From Chrysomallon squamiferum (taxonomy: Eukaryota > Animalia > Mollusca): a stretch of 64,000 nucleotides of DNA. Under the pieces are notes generated by a model, which saw only the letters and a program-made list of their open reading frames with translations, made no database searches and had not been told where the DNA came from. Of this stretch, positions 12,817-25,984 are shown piece after piece. Where the stretch lies: positions 7,750,001-7,814,000 of the forward strand of contig CM022679.1 of NCBI GenBank assembly GCA_012295275.1, read 5' to 3'. A program made the position numbers and the translations under genes. The stretch's first letter is position 1; each line of letters opens with the position of its first letter.

Positions 12817-13157
12817 ATTTCGAGAAGCTGGGATGGGGTTACCCTGTACCCTCCATACGCCAAAAATTTTATTTCGATTTTGGAATGTGGAGGTGCTTAA
12901 ATATTTGAACGGGACACTCAAATTTGGCAGCGGGACAGACAGCCTTGATTATTCCTCGCCTGTCCCTCAAGGCTCCTTGAAATTCGTCTCTGTACCTTGA
13001 ACGCAGCGACAGTGAGTCACCTGGTGAGTGATGACACCCCCACCTGAAGAGTGGATAATACGGAACTCGTACTTGAAAACTGAGTTCTGGGGGACTGTTC
13101 ACCAAAGGTACAGAACATAAAATAAATATCAACTGAAGCATGGAACTCTATCCCAAA
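12817..13157 (+). ncRNA. Cassette B copy 2: putative ~330-nt structured RNA
   Basis: TATA at 12787; terminal stem 12830-12840/13144-13154; helices 12850-12857/12886-12893, 12989-12998/13105-13114, 13062-13068/13082-13088. Confidence 0.45.
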
Positions 13158-13313
13158 CAATAAATAAATAAATGTAAAACACACCAAATAAACACATCCA
13201 AATAAATAAATGATTGAAATAAATAAAATAAAATTAATAAACTTCTAAGAAACTAACGAATAAATAAATAAAATGAATCAATAAATATAAAAAAAAAAAA
13301 TAAATAAAAAAAA

Positions 13314-13361
<48 letters not shown>

Positions 13362-13521
13362 ACATCAAATAAAATACCCAACTATAAAACCCAGGGTCTT
13401 AAGAAAACAAAATAAAATGGGTTTTTATGTGAAAATGGTAAAAGTAATATTCATTGTTTAATAATAATGACGATTTTGATGATGATAAAGACGATAAATA
13501 AATTAATGAATAATAATAGTA

Positions 13522-13552
<31 letters not shown>

Positions 13553-13579
13553 TAACAATATCAATAACAACAATAACAA

Positions 13580-13670
<91 letters not shown>

Positions 13671-14567
13671 TTAATGTAGACCCGAGCATTTAATTCATTA
13701 AATATTTCTATACAAATTGTAAATTAAATTTATGTATTTTTACATTTAAGTAATTGTTTAAATTCATTTGCAGAGATAGAAAAATGTTTTTGAAATTTAA
13801 ATAACAACAATATTTTTTATCGATTATGTGTAGATTAAAATGTATGATGTAAAATACAGATTCCAAAATGTCAGCTAGAAGATACTGAAGGTAAAGTCTA
13901 CATACTCTGAAATAGTCTTGAGAGTACCAAACTGAAAACCATAATAATTTTATTTTATGTTGGTTAATGATATAATAAAAAATTTGCATACATCATTTGT
14001 CATTAATTTTCTTTTCTCTCCCTTCATCTATTTATCAAAACTGTATGTAACCATTCCTAATTTATAAATAACTGAAATGATTTGGTATAAATGAATGCTT
14101 CTCCAATTTCCAATTTTCTTAAATTTTAGGTCGCACTCTGTTCTTATATTGAATAAAAGAAGAAAAAAGCAAAAAACAACAACAGTGTACAGTTTTAATT
14201 ATCCTCCTTTTTTTATATATAAATTGTCTCTGCTAAAATGTTTGTTCGTTTATCGTAAAATTGCCGGTAATGGTTACTAGACTACAACATAAAAAATAAA
14301 TATTTCTGTTTAAACATTTCAAAATTTGATATTAATTTGTTTTTTATTTATTTTCATTTTTTTAAATTATCATAAAATGATCATTTCTCACATGCTAAGA
14401 AGGTAAATTTTGTTTGATTGTTACAGGTATAAACCCCCCTACACACACACACAAATGTAAAAAATATGATTCCTACATGATCCACTTCTGGACGAACGTT
14501 ATTTTCTTAGTTTGCGTTTTCTTTGGCACCAATCTTTTTTTTAAGCGACGACAAAGAATCGACGTTA

Positions 14568-14898
14568 ATTTCGAGAAGCTGGGATGGGTTTACTCTGTAC
14601 CCTCCATACGCCAAAAATTTTATTTCGATTTTGGAATTTGGAGGTGCTTAATTATTTGAACGGGACACTCAAATTTGGTAGCGGGACAGACAGCCTTGAT
14701 TATTATTCGCCTGTTATTAATTTTTTGAAATTTGTTCTTACCTTGAACGCAGCGACAGTGAGTCACCTGGTGAGTGATTACCACCTGAAGAGTGGATAAT
14801 ACGGAACTCGTACTTGAAAATTGAGTTCTGGGGGACTGTTCACCAAAGGTACAGAACGTAAAATAAATATCAACTGAAGCATGGAACCCTATCCCAAA
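14568..14898 (+). pseudogene. Cassette B copy 3: chimeric/degenerate copy (TATA destroyed, pseudoknot disrupted), possibly an assembly artefact
   Basis: B sequence interleaved with spacer-derived AT sequence, e.g. tttttttaagcgacgac replaces tatataagcgacgac and ctgttattaattttttgaaa replaces ctgtccctcaaggctccttgaaa. Confidence 0.5.
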
Positions 14899-15053
14899 CA
14901 ATAAATAAATAAATGTAAAACACACCAAATAAACACATCCAAATAAAGAAATGATTGAAATAAATACAATAAAATTAATAAACTTCTAAGAAAGTAACGA
15001 ATAAATAAATAAAATGAATCAATAAATATAAAACAAAAATAAATAGAATAAAA

Positions 15054-15096
<43 letters not shown>

Positions 15097-15870
15097 ATAC
15101 ATGTAACCATACAATTGTAGTCCCTTCAATTAGCTGATTGTTTATAACAAAAGAAAAATACGCCGAATCTAAATTATAAGTAAAACTCACCCATATTCTT
15201 TATCAGCTGATTAGAAAAGAGTATCCCCATATTTCCTGTATCCCCCCCCGTAAAAATCAATACGATTACGTCAGAAACTAAATTCTTAACATTTGCTAGG
15301 ATTACGAAACCGTAGACATTTCTAAACATAAAAGTAAATTCTGGTTTTTGATTCTTTATTTCTTTTAATTTTATTTTGGTGTTTTATTTATTTTATTTTA
15401 TTTATTTATTTGTTTATTTGTTTCCTGTTCGTGTGTTTTCTTTGACTTATTTTTGTATTATTAAATGAAAATCTGCTTTGAATACTGCACATTTTATACT
15501 CTTTCCCATTTAGTCGTAACTAAACAACTAGAAAACGTGGTTAAAAGCAAACTGTTGATATTACACACAATAAAAACAAAGTAAAACACCGGTAAATTCT
15601 ATATTATTTAGCTTTCTTTCAACAATTTCATGAAATTTTTACAGTAAAAATATAGAAGGAATATTTTTAAAATGACAAACTTAAACATAACCATATCAAA
15701 AATGTGTATGTACACATATTAGAGAATGATATCGTAACAGAAGATTTTAACGTGAAAAGTTTTCAATCGAAAAAACACAACTTCTTGGCGACGCCATTGT
15801 TTAAAGTGGAGGTGACGTCTTTTACGTCGTCGCTGTGGCTATATAAGAGCGACAAACAGAGGATGACGTC

Positions 15871-15965
15871 AGCCTGAGGGTTCTTTTTATAAAACAATTG
15901 AACATCCACTACCCCGTTGATTTTTATCCGGGATGTGGAGAAACGGCCCTTTTCAGGGCCACCCC
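15871..15965 (+). ncRNA. Cassette A copy 5: putative small RNA with histone 3' stem-loop
   Basis: TATA at 15840, stem-loop 15945-15960. Confidence 0.5.
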
Positions 15966-16029
15966 CACCCACCCCCTCAATCTCATGAATGAGTAGTTCT
16001 CTGTTCATAATCCTATTGCTTTGCCGAAT

Positions 16030-16147
<118 letters not shown>

Positions 16148-16289
16148 CAATAATAATAATAAATAATAATTAATAATGTTTCAGGTAGAAGTAGTGGTAG
16201 AATTGAATTGTTCTTTTTGTTTTATAGTACTAGTACAGTTAATATTGTTCTTAATGTTAGTACTATTCTTCTTCTTCTTCTTCTTCTTC

Positions 16290-16355
<66 letters not shown>

Positions 16356-17457
16356 TGTACTAGTAGTAATAGCAGTAGTTGCAGTAAAAGCAATATTAAC
16401 TACAATAATAAAAAGGTCTTACAGAAATGTTTCAAAACGCTCTCTTTCTTTTTCAGATGGTGTTAAATTCATCATTTCATAATTTCCTAAAATAGTTACC
16501 TACTGTCACTCCACTGACGTCTGTCCATCAAAAAACCCACAAAAAACCCAACAACTAAAACCCATATGCCACGATCTCATACACTGCTTTAAAATATCTA
16601 TGATTTTCCAGCAATGTAATTATAGATATCTTACGTATATAGATATTTTAAAGCAGTGTATGAGATGATTGTACTATCATGGGTCTTTTCTGAGGTGAGA
16701 TGCCGGACTTGGTTCTTTTCATCTACATTTAATAATTTAACATATCTGTCTAAATCATCACACAGTGTATTAAGAAAAGAATTGAAAGTAAGAAGAAAAC
16801 CTGGTTAATTTATTTCAGTATCCTAGAGCTTCGGTAATATTATATTTTCTTTCTCAGCAGCTAATGATTACTAAAAACGTAAGTAGACTGTGTACCACGG
16901 AATGGTTTAGGAAGCTTTACTAATTTCTATATTTGTACATTTTTAGGTCGCACTCTGTATTCAGGAATTAAACGTACCAGAAAACAAGCACTTTAATACA
17001 TTTAAAAGCTGTGCTTCTGTGCGTTTTGTTTACCCATTTTTTAACTGACATTATCTGTGCACGGAGTAAAATTTTGCACTTATCGTATTCTTCATTGTTT
17101 GGTATTTAATAAATCGTTAAAAAACAACATGAAAATATAACTACAGAATTTATATTCTATTTCAAAACGCATGCAACTTCAGGTTATGGTATTTTCGGAC
17201 CTTCATTTCAGTTAGCACTAAGACAATATTCATATTACGCCGATTAAAAAATATGTCAGAGAAACTAAATCATATCACCAGTATACAGGTATGTACGTCA
17301 CAGTCTAATGTCACGGCAGTCAATTATAAAAAGAAAATATTTCTAAGACAAAAACACAACTCCTGGACGAACGTTATTTCAGACGCCACGGCTAACAGCG
17401 TTTCCTTGACACCGATCTTCGGCTGAGTATATAAGCGACGACAAAGAATCGACGTTA

Positions 17458-17798
17458 ATTTCGAGAAGCTGGAATGGGGGTATCCTGTACCCTCCATACG
17501 CCAACATTTTAATTTTGATTTTGGAATGTGGAGGTGGTTAAATATTTGAACGGGACACTCAAATTTGGCAGCGGGACAGACAGCCTTGATTATTCCTCGC
17601 CGTTCCCTCAAGGCTCCTTGAAATTCGTCTCTGTACCTTGAACGCAGCGACAGTGAGTCACCTGGTGAGTGATGACACCCCCACCTGAAGAGTGGATAAT
17701 ACGGAACTCGTACTTGAAAACTGAGTTCTGGGGGACTGTTCACCAAAGGTACAGAACATAAAATAAATATGAACCAAAGCATGGAACTCTATCCCAAA
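17458..17798 (+). ncRNA. Cassette B copy 4: putative ~330-nt structured RNA
   Basis: TATA at 17428; same helices as copies 1 and 2; ends ctctatccc at 17795. Confidence 0.45.
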
Positions 17799-17943
17799 CA
17801 ATAAATAAATAAATGTAAAACACATAAAATAAACACATCCAAATAAATAAATGATTGAAATAAATAAAATAAAATTAAGACACTTCTAAGAAACTAACGA
17901 ATAAATAAATAAAATGAATCAATAAATATAAAAGAAAAATAAA

Positions 17944-17988
<45 letters not shown>

Positions 17989-18206
17989 ATCAATAATACA
18001 TCAAATAAAATACCCAACTATAAAACCCAGAATCTTAAGAAAACAAAATAAAATAGTTTTTATGTGAAAATGATAAAAGTAATATTCATTGTTTAATAAT
18101 AATGATGATCCTGATGATGATGAAGACGATAAATAAACTGATGAATAATAATAGTAATTAATAATAATAATAATAGTAATAATAATAACAAGATCAATAA
18201 CAACAA

Positions 18207-18285
<79 letters not shown>

Positions 18286-19247
18286 TTAATGTAGACCCGA
18301 TCATTTAATTCATTAAATATTTCTATACGAATTGTAAATTAAATTTATGTAATTTTACATTTAAGTAATTGTTTAAATTCATTTGCAGAGAGGGAAAAAT
18401 GTTTCAAAAATTAAAATAACAACAATATTTTTCATGGATTATGTGTAGTTCGATTTAAAATGTATGATGTAAAATACTGATTCCAAAATGTCAGCTAGAA
18501 GATACTGAAGGTAAAGTCTACATACTATGAAATACACCCGAGAGTACCAAACTGAAAACCATAATAATTTTATTTTATATTGGTTAATGATACAATATCA
18601 AGTTTACATATATCATTTGTCATTATCTTTCTTTTCTCTCCCTTCGTCTATTTATCAAAACTGTATGTAACCATTCCTAATTTATAAATAACTGAAATGA
18701 TTTGGTATAAATGAATGCTTCTCCAAGAATTCTTTCATAAAAATTAAAGGCTGCATAGTGCTTATACTGAATAAAGAAGGAAAAAACGACAACAGTGTAC
18801 AGCTTGAATTATCCTCATTTTATATATAAATTGTCTCTGCTAAAATGTTCGTTTCATAAAATTGCCGGTAATGGTTACTAGACTAGCTTTGAATAAATAA
18901 ATATTTCTGTTTAAACAATGGATTTGATATTAATTTTTTTTATTTTATTTTATTTTTTTTAAATTATCATAAAATGATCTTTCTCACATGCGAAGAAGGT
19001 TACTTTCGTTCGGTTGTTTTTACTATAACCCCCCCCCACACACACACAAATGTGTAAAAATATGATTCCTACATGATCCACTTACCAATTCTTTCTTAGT
19101 TTTCTTTGTTTTGTATTTTGTTCTTATTGCATTTTTGGGCGGGAGTTTGGGGGGTGATATATATATTTTTTTAATTATTATTTGTATTATTGTTATTATT
19201 ATCTGTTTCTTTCTACTTTTTGTTCTTTTTCATGTATTTGTTGATTA

Positions 19248-19312
<65 letters not shown>

Positions 19313-20183
19313 TTAATGATTATTTATATTTGCACAAGCAGAACAGTGAATACTAAGAAAACATTCACTAAAATCTGTGATGAGATCTCACAGATGTAAA
19401 TCACATGAAACCAGAAAATTGTAGTCCCTTCTATTAGCTGATTGTTTATAACAAAAGAAAAATGTGCAAACCTAAATTATTAGTAAAACTCACCCATAAT
19501 CTTTTTTAGATCTTCAGAAATTTTTGAAAAGAGCATCCCCATATTTCCTGTATCCCCCCCCGTAAAAAGTAAATATGATTGCGTCAGATACTAAATTCTT
19601 TAGATTTGCTGGGATTACGAAACCGTAGACATTTCTAAACATAAAAGTAAATGCTGGTTTTTGGTTCTTTCTTTCTTTTAATTTTATTTTGATGTTTTAT
19701 TTATTTATTTATTTATTTATTTTTTATTGTTTTTTCGATGTTAGTGTGTTTTCTTTTAAATTTTTTTCTATTATTAAATGAAAATCACCTTTGAATACTG
19801 CACATTTTATACTCTTTGCCATTTAGTCGTAACTAAACAACTAGAAAACGTGGTTAAAAGCAAACTGTTGATATTACACACAATAAAAACAAAGCAAAAC
19901 ACCTTTAAATTCTATATTATTTAGCTTTCTTTGAACAATTTCATGAATTTTTTACATTCAAAAGATAGAAGGAATATTTTTAAAATGACAAACTAAAACA
20001 TAACCATATCAAAAATATGTATGCACACATATTAGAGAATGAAATCGTAACAGAAGATTTTAACGTGAAAAGTTTTCAAGGGAAAAAACACAACTTCTTG
20101 GCGACGCCATTGTTTAAAGTGGAGGTGACGTCTTTTACGTCGTCGCTGTGGCTATATAAGAGCGACAAACAGAGGATGACGTC

Positions 20184-20278
20184 AGCCTGAGGGTTCTTTT
20201 TATAAAACAATTGAACATCCACTACCCCGTTGATTTTTATCCGGGATGTGGAATAACGGCCCTTTTCAGGGCCACCCC
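20184..20278 (+). ncRNA. Cassette A copy 6: putative small RNA with histone 3' stem-loop
   Basis: TATA at 20153, stem-loop 20258-20273. Confidence 0.5.
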
Positions 20279-21287
20279 CACCCACCCCCTCAATCTCATG
20301 AATGAGTAGTTCTCTGTTCATAATCCTATTGCTTTGCCGAATGTAATAATAATAAAAATAAAAATAATAATAATAATAATATTAATAATAACAACAATAA
20401 TAATAATGAATAATAATTAATAATGTTTCACATAGAAGTAGTGGTAGAATTGAATTGTTGTTTTTGTTATATAGTACTAGTACAGTTAGTATTGTTCTTA
20501 ATGTTAGTACTATTCTTCTTCTTCGTCTTCTTTTACTTATTATTATTATTATTATTATTCATGTACTAGTAGTAATAGCAGTAGTTGCATAAAAGCAATA
20601 TTAACTATAATAATAAAAAGGTCTTACAACAATTTTTCAAAACGCTCTCTTTCTATTTCAGATGGTGTTAAATTCAACATTTCATAATTTCCTAAAATAG
20701 TTACCTACTGTCACTCCACTGACGTCTGTCCATCAAAAAACCCACAAAAAACCGAAAAACCGAACAGCTGAAACGCATATGCCACGATCTCATACACTGC
20801 TTTAAAATATCTATGATTTTCCAGCAATGTAATTATAGATATCTTACGTATATAGATATTTTAAAGCAGTGTGTGAAATGGTGATATATGTACTTAATAT
20901 CATGGGTCTGTTTTAACGTGAGATGCCGGTCTTGGTTCTTGTTATCTACATTTAATAATTTAACATATGTATCTAAATCATCACACAGTTTATTAAAAAG
21001 AAAAAAAAAAAAAAAAATGAAAGCCAGATGAAAATGTGGTTAATTTATTTCAGTAACGAATAAATAAACAAAATGATTAAATCAATATAAGACAAAAATA
21101 AATAAAAGAAAATAAATAAATAAATAAATAATACATCAACTATAAAACCCAGACTCTTAGGAAAACAAAATAAAATGGGTTTTTCGGTGAAAATGATAAA
21201 AACAATATTCATTGTATAATAATAATGATGATTGTGATGATGATGAAGACGATAAATAAATTGATGAATAATAATAGTAATAAATAA

Positions 21288-21318
<31 letters not shown>

Positions 21319-21350
21319 AATAACAATAACAACAATAACAAGAATAACAA

Positions 21351-21411
<61 letters not shown>

Positions 21412-22058
21412 TTAATGTAGACCCGAGCATTTAATTCATTAAATATTTCTATACAAATTGTAAATTTAATTTATGTATTTTTACATTTAAGTAATTGTTT
21501 AAATTCATTTGCAGAGATAGAAAAATGTTTTAGAAATTTAAAGAACAACAATATTTTTTATGGATTATGTGTAGATTAAAATGTATGGTGTAAAATTCTG
21601 ATTCCAAAATGTCAGCTAGAAGATACTGAAGTTAAAATCTACATTCTCTGAAATACACCCGAGAGTACCAAAAATAAAAACCATAATAATTGCATGTTGG
21701 TTAATGATTTAATATCAAGTTTGCATATATCATTTGTCATTATTTTTCTTTTCTCTCCCTTCATCTATTTATCAAAACTGTATGTAACCATTCCTAATTT
21801 ATAAATAACTGAAATGATTTGGTATAAATTAATGCTTCTCCAAGAATTCTTTCTTAAAAATGAAATGATGCAGAGTACTTATATTGAATAAAGAAGAAAA
21901 AAACAACAACAACAGTGTACAGCTTTAATTATCCTCATTTTATATATAAATTGTCTCTGCTAAAATGTTCGTTTCATAAAATTTCCGATAATGGTTACTA
22001 GACTAGCTTTGCATAAATAAATCTTTCTATTTGAACAGTGGATTTGATATTAATCTGT

Positions 22059-22122
<64 letters not shown>

Positions 22123-22474
22123 TTAAATTATTATACTATGATCTTTCTCAAATCCAAAGAAGGTTACTTTTGTTTGGTTGTTTTTATCACAAATGCCACA
22201 CACACAAAAACTTAACAAATATGATTCATGCATTATTCACTTACATCTTCTTTCTTAGTTTGCTTTCTTTTCTTTTTTGTTCTTATTGCATGTTTTTTTT
22301 TTTTTTTTTTTTATGGGGTGGTGGTTTGGGGGGTGGTTAATATTATTATTATTATTATTTGTATTATTATTATTATTATTATTATTATCTGTTTCTTTCT
22401 ACGTTTTTGTTGTTGTATTTATTTATTTGCTATTATTATTATTTATTATAATTATAATTATTATTATTATTACC

Positions 22475-22515
<41 letters not shown>

Positions 22516-22875
22516 TATATTTGCACAAGCAGAACAGTGAATACTAAGAAAACATTCATTAAAATCTGTGATGAGATCTCAGAGATGTAAATCACACGAA
22601 ACCAGAAAATTGTAGTCCCTTCAATTAGCTGATTGTTTATAACAAAAGAAAAATACGCCGAATCTAAATTATTAGTAAAACTTACCCATATTCTTTGTTA
22701 GCTGATTAGAAAAGAGTATCCCCATATTTCCTGTATCCCCCCGTAAAAATAAATACGATTACGTCAGAAACTAAATTATTTACATTTGCTAGGATTACGA
22801 AACCGTAGACATTTCTAAACATAAAAGTAAATGCTGGTTTTTAGTTCTTTATTTCTTTTAATTTTATTTTTTTAT

Positions 22876-22919
<44 letters not shown>

Positions 22920-23365
22920 ATGTTCATGTGTTTTCTTTGAATTATTTTTGTATTATTAAATGAAAATATGCTTTGAATACTGCACATTTTATACTCTTTG
23001 ACATTTAGTCGTAACTAAACAACTAGAAAACGTGGTTAAAAGCAAACTGTTCATATTACACACAATAAATACAAAGCAAAACACCATTAAATTCTATATT
23101 ATTTAGCTTTCTTTGAACACTTTCATGAAATTTTTACATTAAAAATATAGAATGAATATTTTTAAAATGACAAAGTTAAACATAATCATATCAAAAATAT
23201 GTATGTACAGATATTACAGCACTATATCGTAACAGAAGATTTTAACGTGAAAAGTTTTCAAGGTAAAAAACACAACTTCTTGGCGACGCCATTGTTTAAA
23301 GTGGATGTGACTTCTTTTACGTCGTCGCTGTGGCTATATAAGAACGACAAACAGAGGATGACGTC

Positions 23366-23460
23366 AGCCTGAGGGTTCTTTTTATAAAACAATTGAACAT
23401 CCACTACCCCGTTGATTTTTATCCGGGATGTGGAAAAACGGCCCTTTTCAGGGCCACCCC
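23366..23460 (+). ncRNA. Cassette A copy 7: putative small RNA with histone 3' stem-loop
   Basis: TATA at 23335, stem-loop 23440-23455, followed by AATGAGTTGT (HDE-like). Confidence 0.5.
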
Positions 23461-23518
23461 CCCACCCCCTCAATCTCATGAATGAGTTGTTCTCTGTTCA
23501 TAATCCTATTGCTTTGCC

Positions 23519-23571
<53 letters not shown>

Positions 23572-24569
23572 TGATAATAATAATTAATAATGTTGCAAGA
23601 AGCAATAGTTGTAGAATTGTTGTTTTTGTTATATAGCACTAATGGTAGTTAGCATTGTTCTTTATGTTAGATAGTGTTATTGTTGTTGTTCTTCTTCTTC
23701 TTATTATTATTATTATTATTCATGTACTAGTAGTAATAGCAGTAGTTTCAGTTAATGCAATATTAACTATAATAACGAAAAGGTCTTACAATTTTTCAAA
23801 ACGGCCTGTGTCTATTTCAGATGGTGTTAAATTTAGCATTTCATAATTTCTTAAAATAGTTACCTACCGTCACTCCACTGACGTCTGTCCATCAAAAAAC
23901 CCTCAAAAACTCTTGGAAGGAAACCACAAGAAGAAAAAAAAAATATATATATATATATACCACCATGTCATAACTGCTTTAAAATATCTATAGTCAGCAC
24001 AGATTTTCCTGCAATGTAGTTATAGATATCTCACCTATGTAAATATTTTAAAGCAGTGTATTAGATGGTGATATATGTACTTAATATCATGGGTCTGTTT
24101 TCATGTGTGATGCCGGTCTTGGTTCTTGTTATCTACATTTAATAATTTAACATATCTGTCTAAATCATCACATTTTTTTTTTTTTTTTTTTTAAATAATT
24201 AAAAAATGAAAGCAAGATGAAAATGTGGTTAATTTATTTCAGTACCCTAGTCCTTCGGTAATATTGTGTTTTCTTTCTTAAATACTTCTGATTACTAAAA
24301 ACGTAAGTAGACTGTGACCCACTGGATGGTTTAGGAAGCGTTACTAATTTCGATATTTGTACATTTTTATATTTAGGAATTTAACGTAAAATTGCTAAAT
24401 ATAAATTATGAAATCCCAATAAAGAATGAATATGTGAATGAATAAAAAATATATAATTATTAATACTGATAATTAAAAAGTAATAAAACGAAATGAAGTA
24501 AGGTAAAATAAAATAAATAATATTAAATTAAATAAATAAATAGTATTAAGTGAAGTAAGTAAATATATG

Positions 24570-24571
<2 letters not shown>

Positions 24572-24645
<74 letters not shown>
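24572..24645. repeat. (AG)n microsatellite
   Basis: Pure AG run directly after the end of the array. Confidence 0.95.
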
Positions 24646-24647
<2 letters not shown>

Positions 24648-24676
24648 AACAAATAAAAATCGATGGCAATTGGTCA

Positions 24677-25444
24677 TAGGGGAAACTGGGGACCGATGAG
24701 CCATGAGGACCTTTGAGATTCCCCATAAACTTCTGACTGCAACATGGTAGTGACATCTATCCATCATCAGTGCAATTTCTACACGTGTGATCTTCACCCA
24801 TACTGTTTAGAGAGGTTTGGACCAATCTATCAACACATCAGTTAAAAAGTAGGTTTTTGACTAACCTGAGTAATTTTTGTGTTTTTGGTTATAGTTTAAT
24901 ACTGAGGTAATGATACATATTCCATAGATCTTGTAAAGGTTAGTGTTTTTTGTTAGTAATTTATTTTGATTTAAGACAGTTTCAGTCGATCAGCCATACG
25001 GTTCTCTGGTGCACTGACCTCACATAATGAAAGTGGTGTTGGAATATATAACTATAAAACCAAAGTTATTTGAAAGATAATTAATTTCTGGTATTATTTT
25101 TCTTCCGGATAGATAGAGCTCTCTTCTCAGCAGAACTAATGAAGAGCAATGTTCACTTCATCGGTGTAACCACAGAACCAAAAGATGATAATGGGAACTG
25201 TGAAGTCCTATTTCTCAGAAAATCTTCCAGGCATACTATGTCATGTGCATTTACTAAGCCTGTCCAGGAAGAAATAAGCTCAACTGAGGAAGATTTGATT
25301 TTAGGCAAACTACCAAAAGGTAGAATGGAATCATTCAATTCAGTGGCAATTTTGATGGGTTCGATCTTGAAACTAGACTTAGTTGTCTTTTTTAGTGCAG
25401 ACATCAAAGACATAGCACCCATCCTTCATGCTCACGAGCTTTAG
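24677..25444 (+). mobile_element. Degenerate pogo/Tigger-like DNA transposon fragment (tentative)
   Basis: TIR-like start TAGGGGAAACTGGGGACCGATGAGCCA at 24677. ORF 25139-25444 (HFIG...EVLFLRKS...F.KP..EEISS.EEDLILGKLP) resembles, from recall, C-terminal segments of invertebrate DDE-family transposase-derived proteins. No matching right TIR found. Confidence 0.4.
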
Positions 25445-25984
25445 AAATATAATTTTTTAAAAATATTAACGATTATTGATACACGCTGCTATTGGGTTTT
25501 TTAAAAAGTAGATCATTTTTAAATTTGTCTTATAGAATATCAAAAACAATGTTACCATCTATTTTGACTAATACAGAGCGAATTTTTCAAGCTTGTAGCC
25601 CGTATCCGGTTAAATAGACACCACCACATTTGTTAAATAAACAAAATGCCTGAAGTATGGCGGGTTCGTACAAACTAGGAATCAGTGATTGATTTGGAAT
25701 TTACTGTTTTGGGATTAATCTTTCAGGACTAAGTGAATATATTATTATAACTTAATTTGATTAAATTTTGAGGTAGAATAAAACCAAATTTCTTGTGATA
25801 AATTTTTGTATTTAATTTATTGATCGACTAATCTGAAGTACGCATTGATTTATGGTGTAATAATAATATAATTTAATAATACTTAATATTTACACATTAT
25901 ATGTCGTACTGTCTCAAATAGTTATCTAATTTTTTAATATTTCATGTTATGATGTGTATCCGAAATTACATAGATTAGACAAAA

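Noticed and set aside
12932-12980. HDV-like ribozyme (7-bp P1 and a TCCTCGC loop-like sequence)
   Set aside because: No P3 helix, no GG for P1.1 after P1 and no P4/J4-2 catalytic C segment
13035-13080. Hammerhead ribozyme-like CTGAAGAG...CGGAAC..GTA in cassette B
   Set aside because: Core reads GGAA instead of GAAA, stem II is only 2 bp and stem I cannot form around the putative cleavage site
12817-13157. Cassette B as telomerase RNA, U3, 7SK, SRP or RNase P/MRP
   Set aside because: No CTAACCCT template, no U3 box A/A', no GATC 7SK motifs, no SRP Alu/S-domain motifs and no P4 CR-I/CR-V consensus seen; internal T-runs disfavour Pol III
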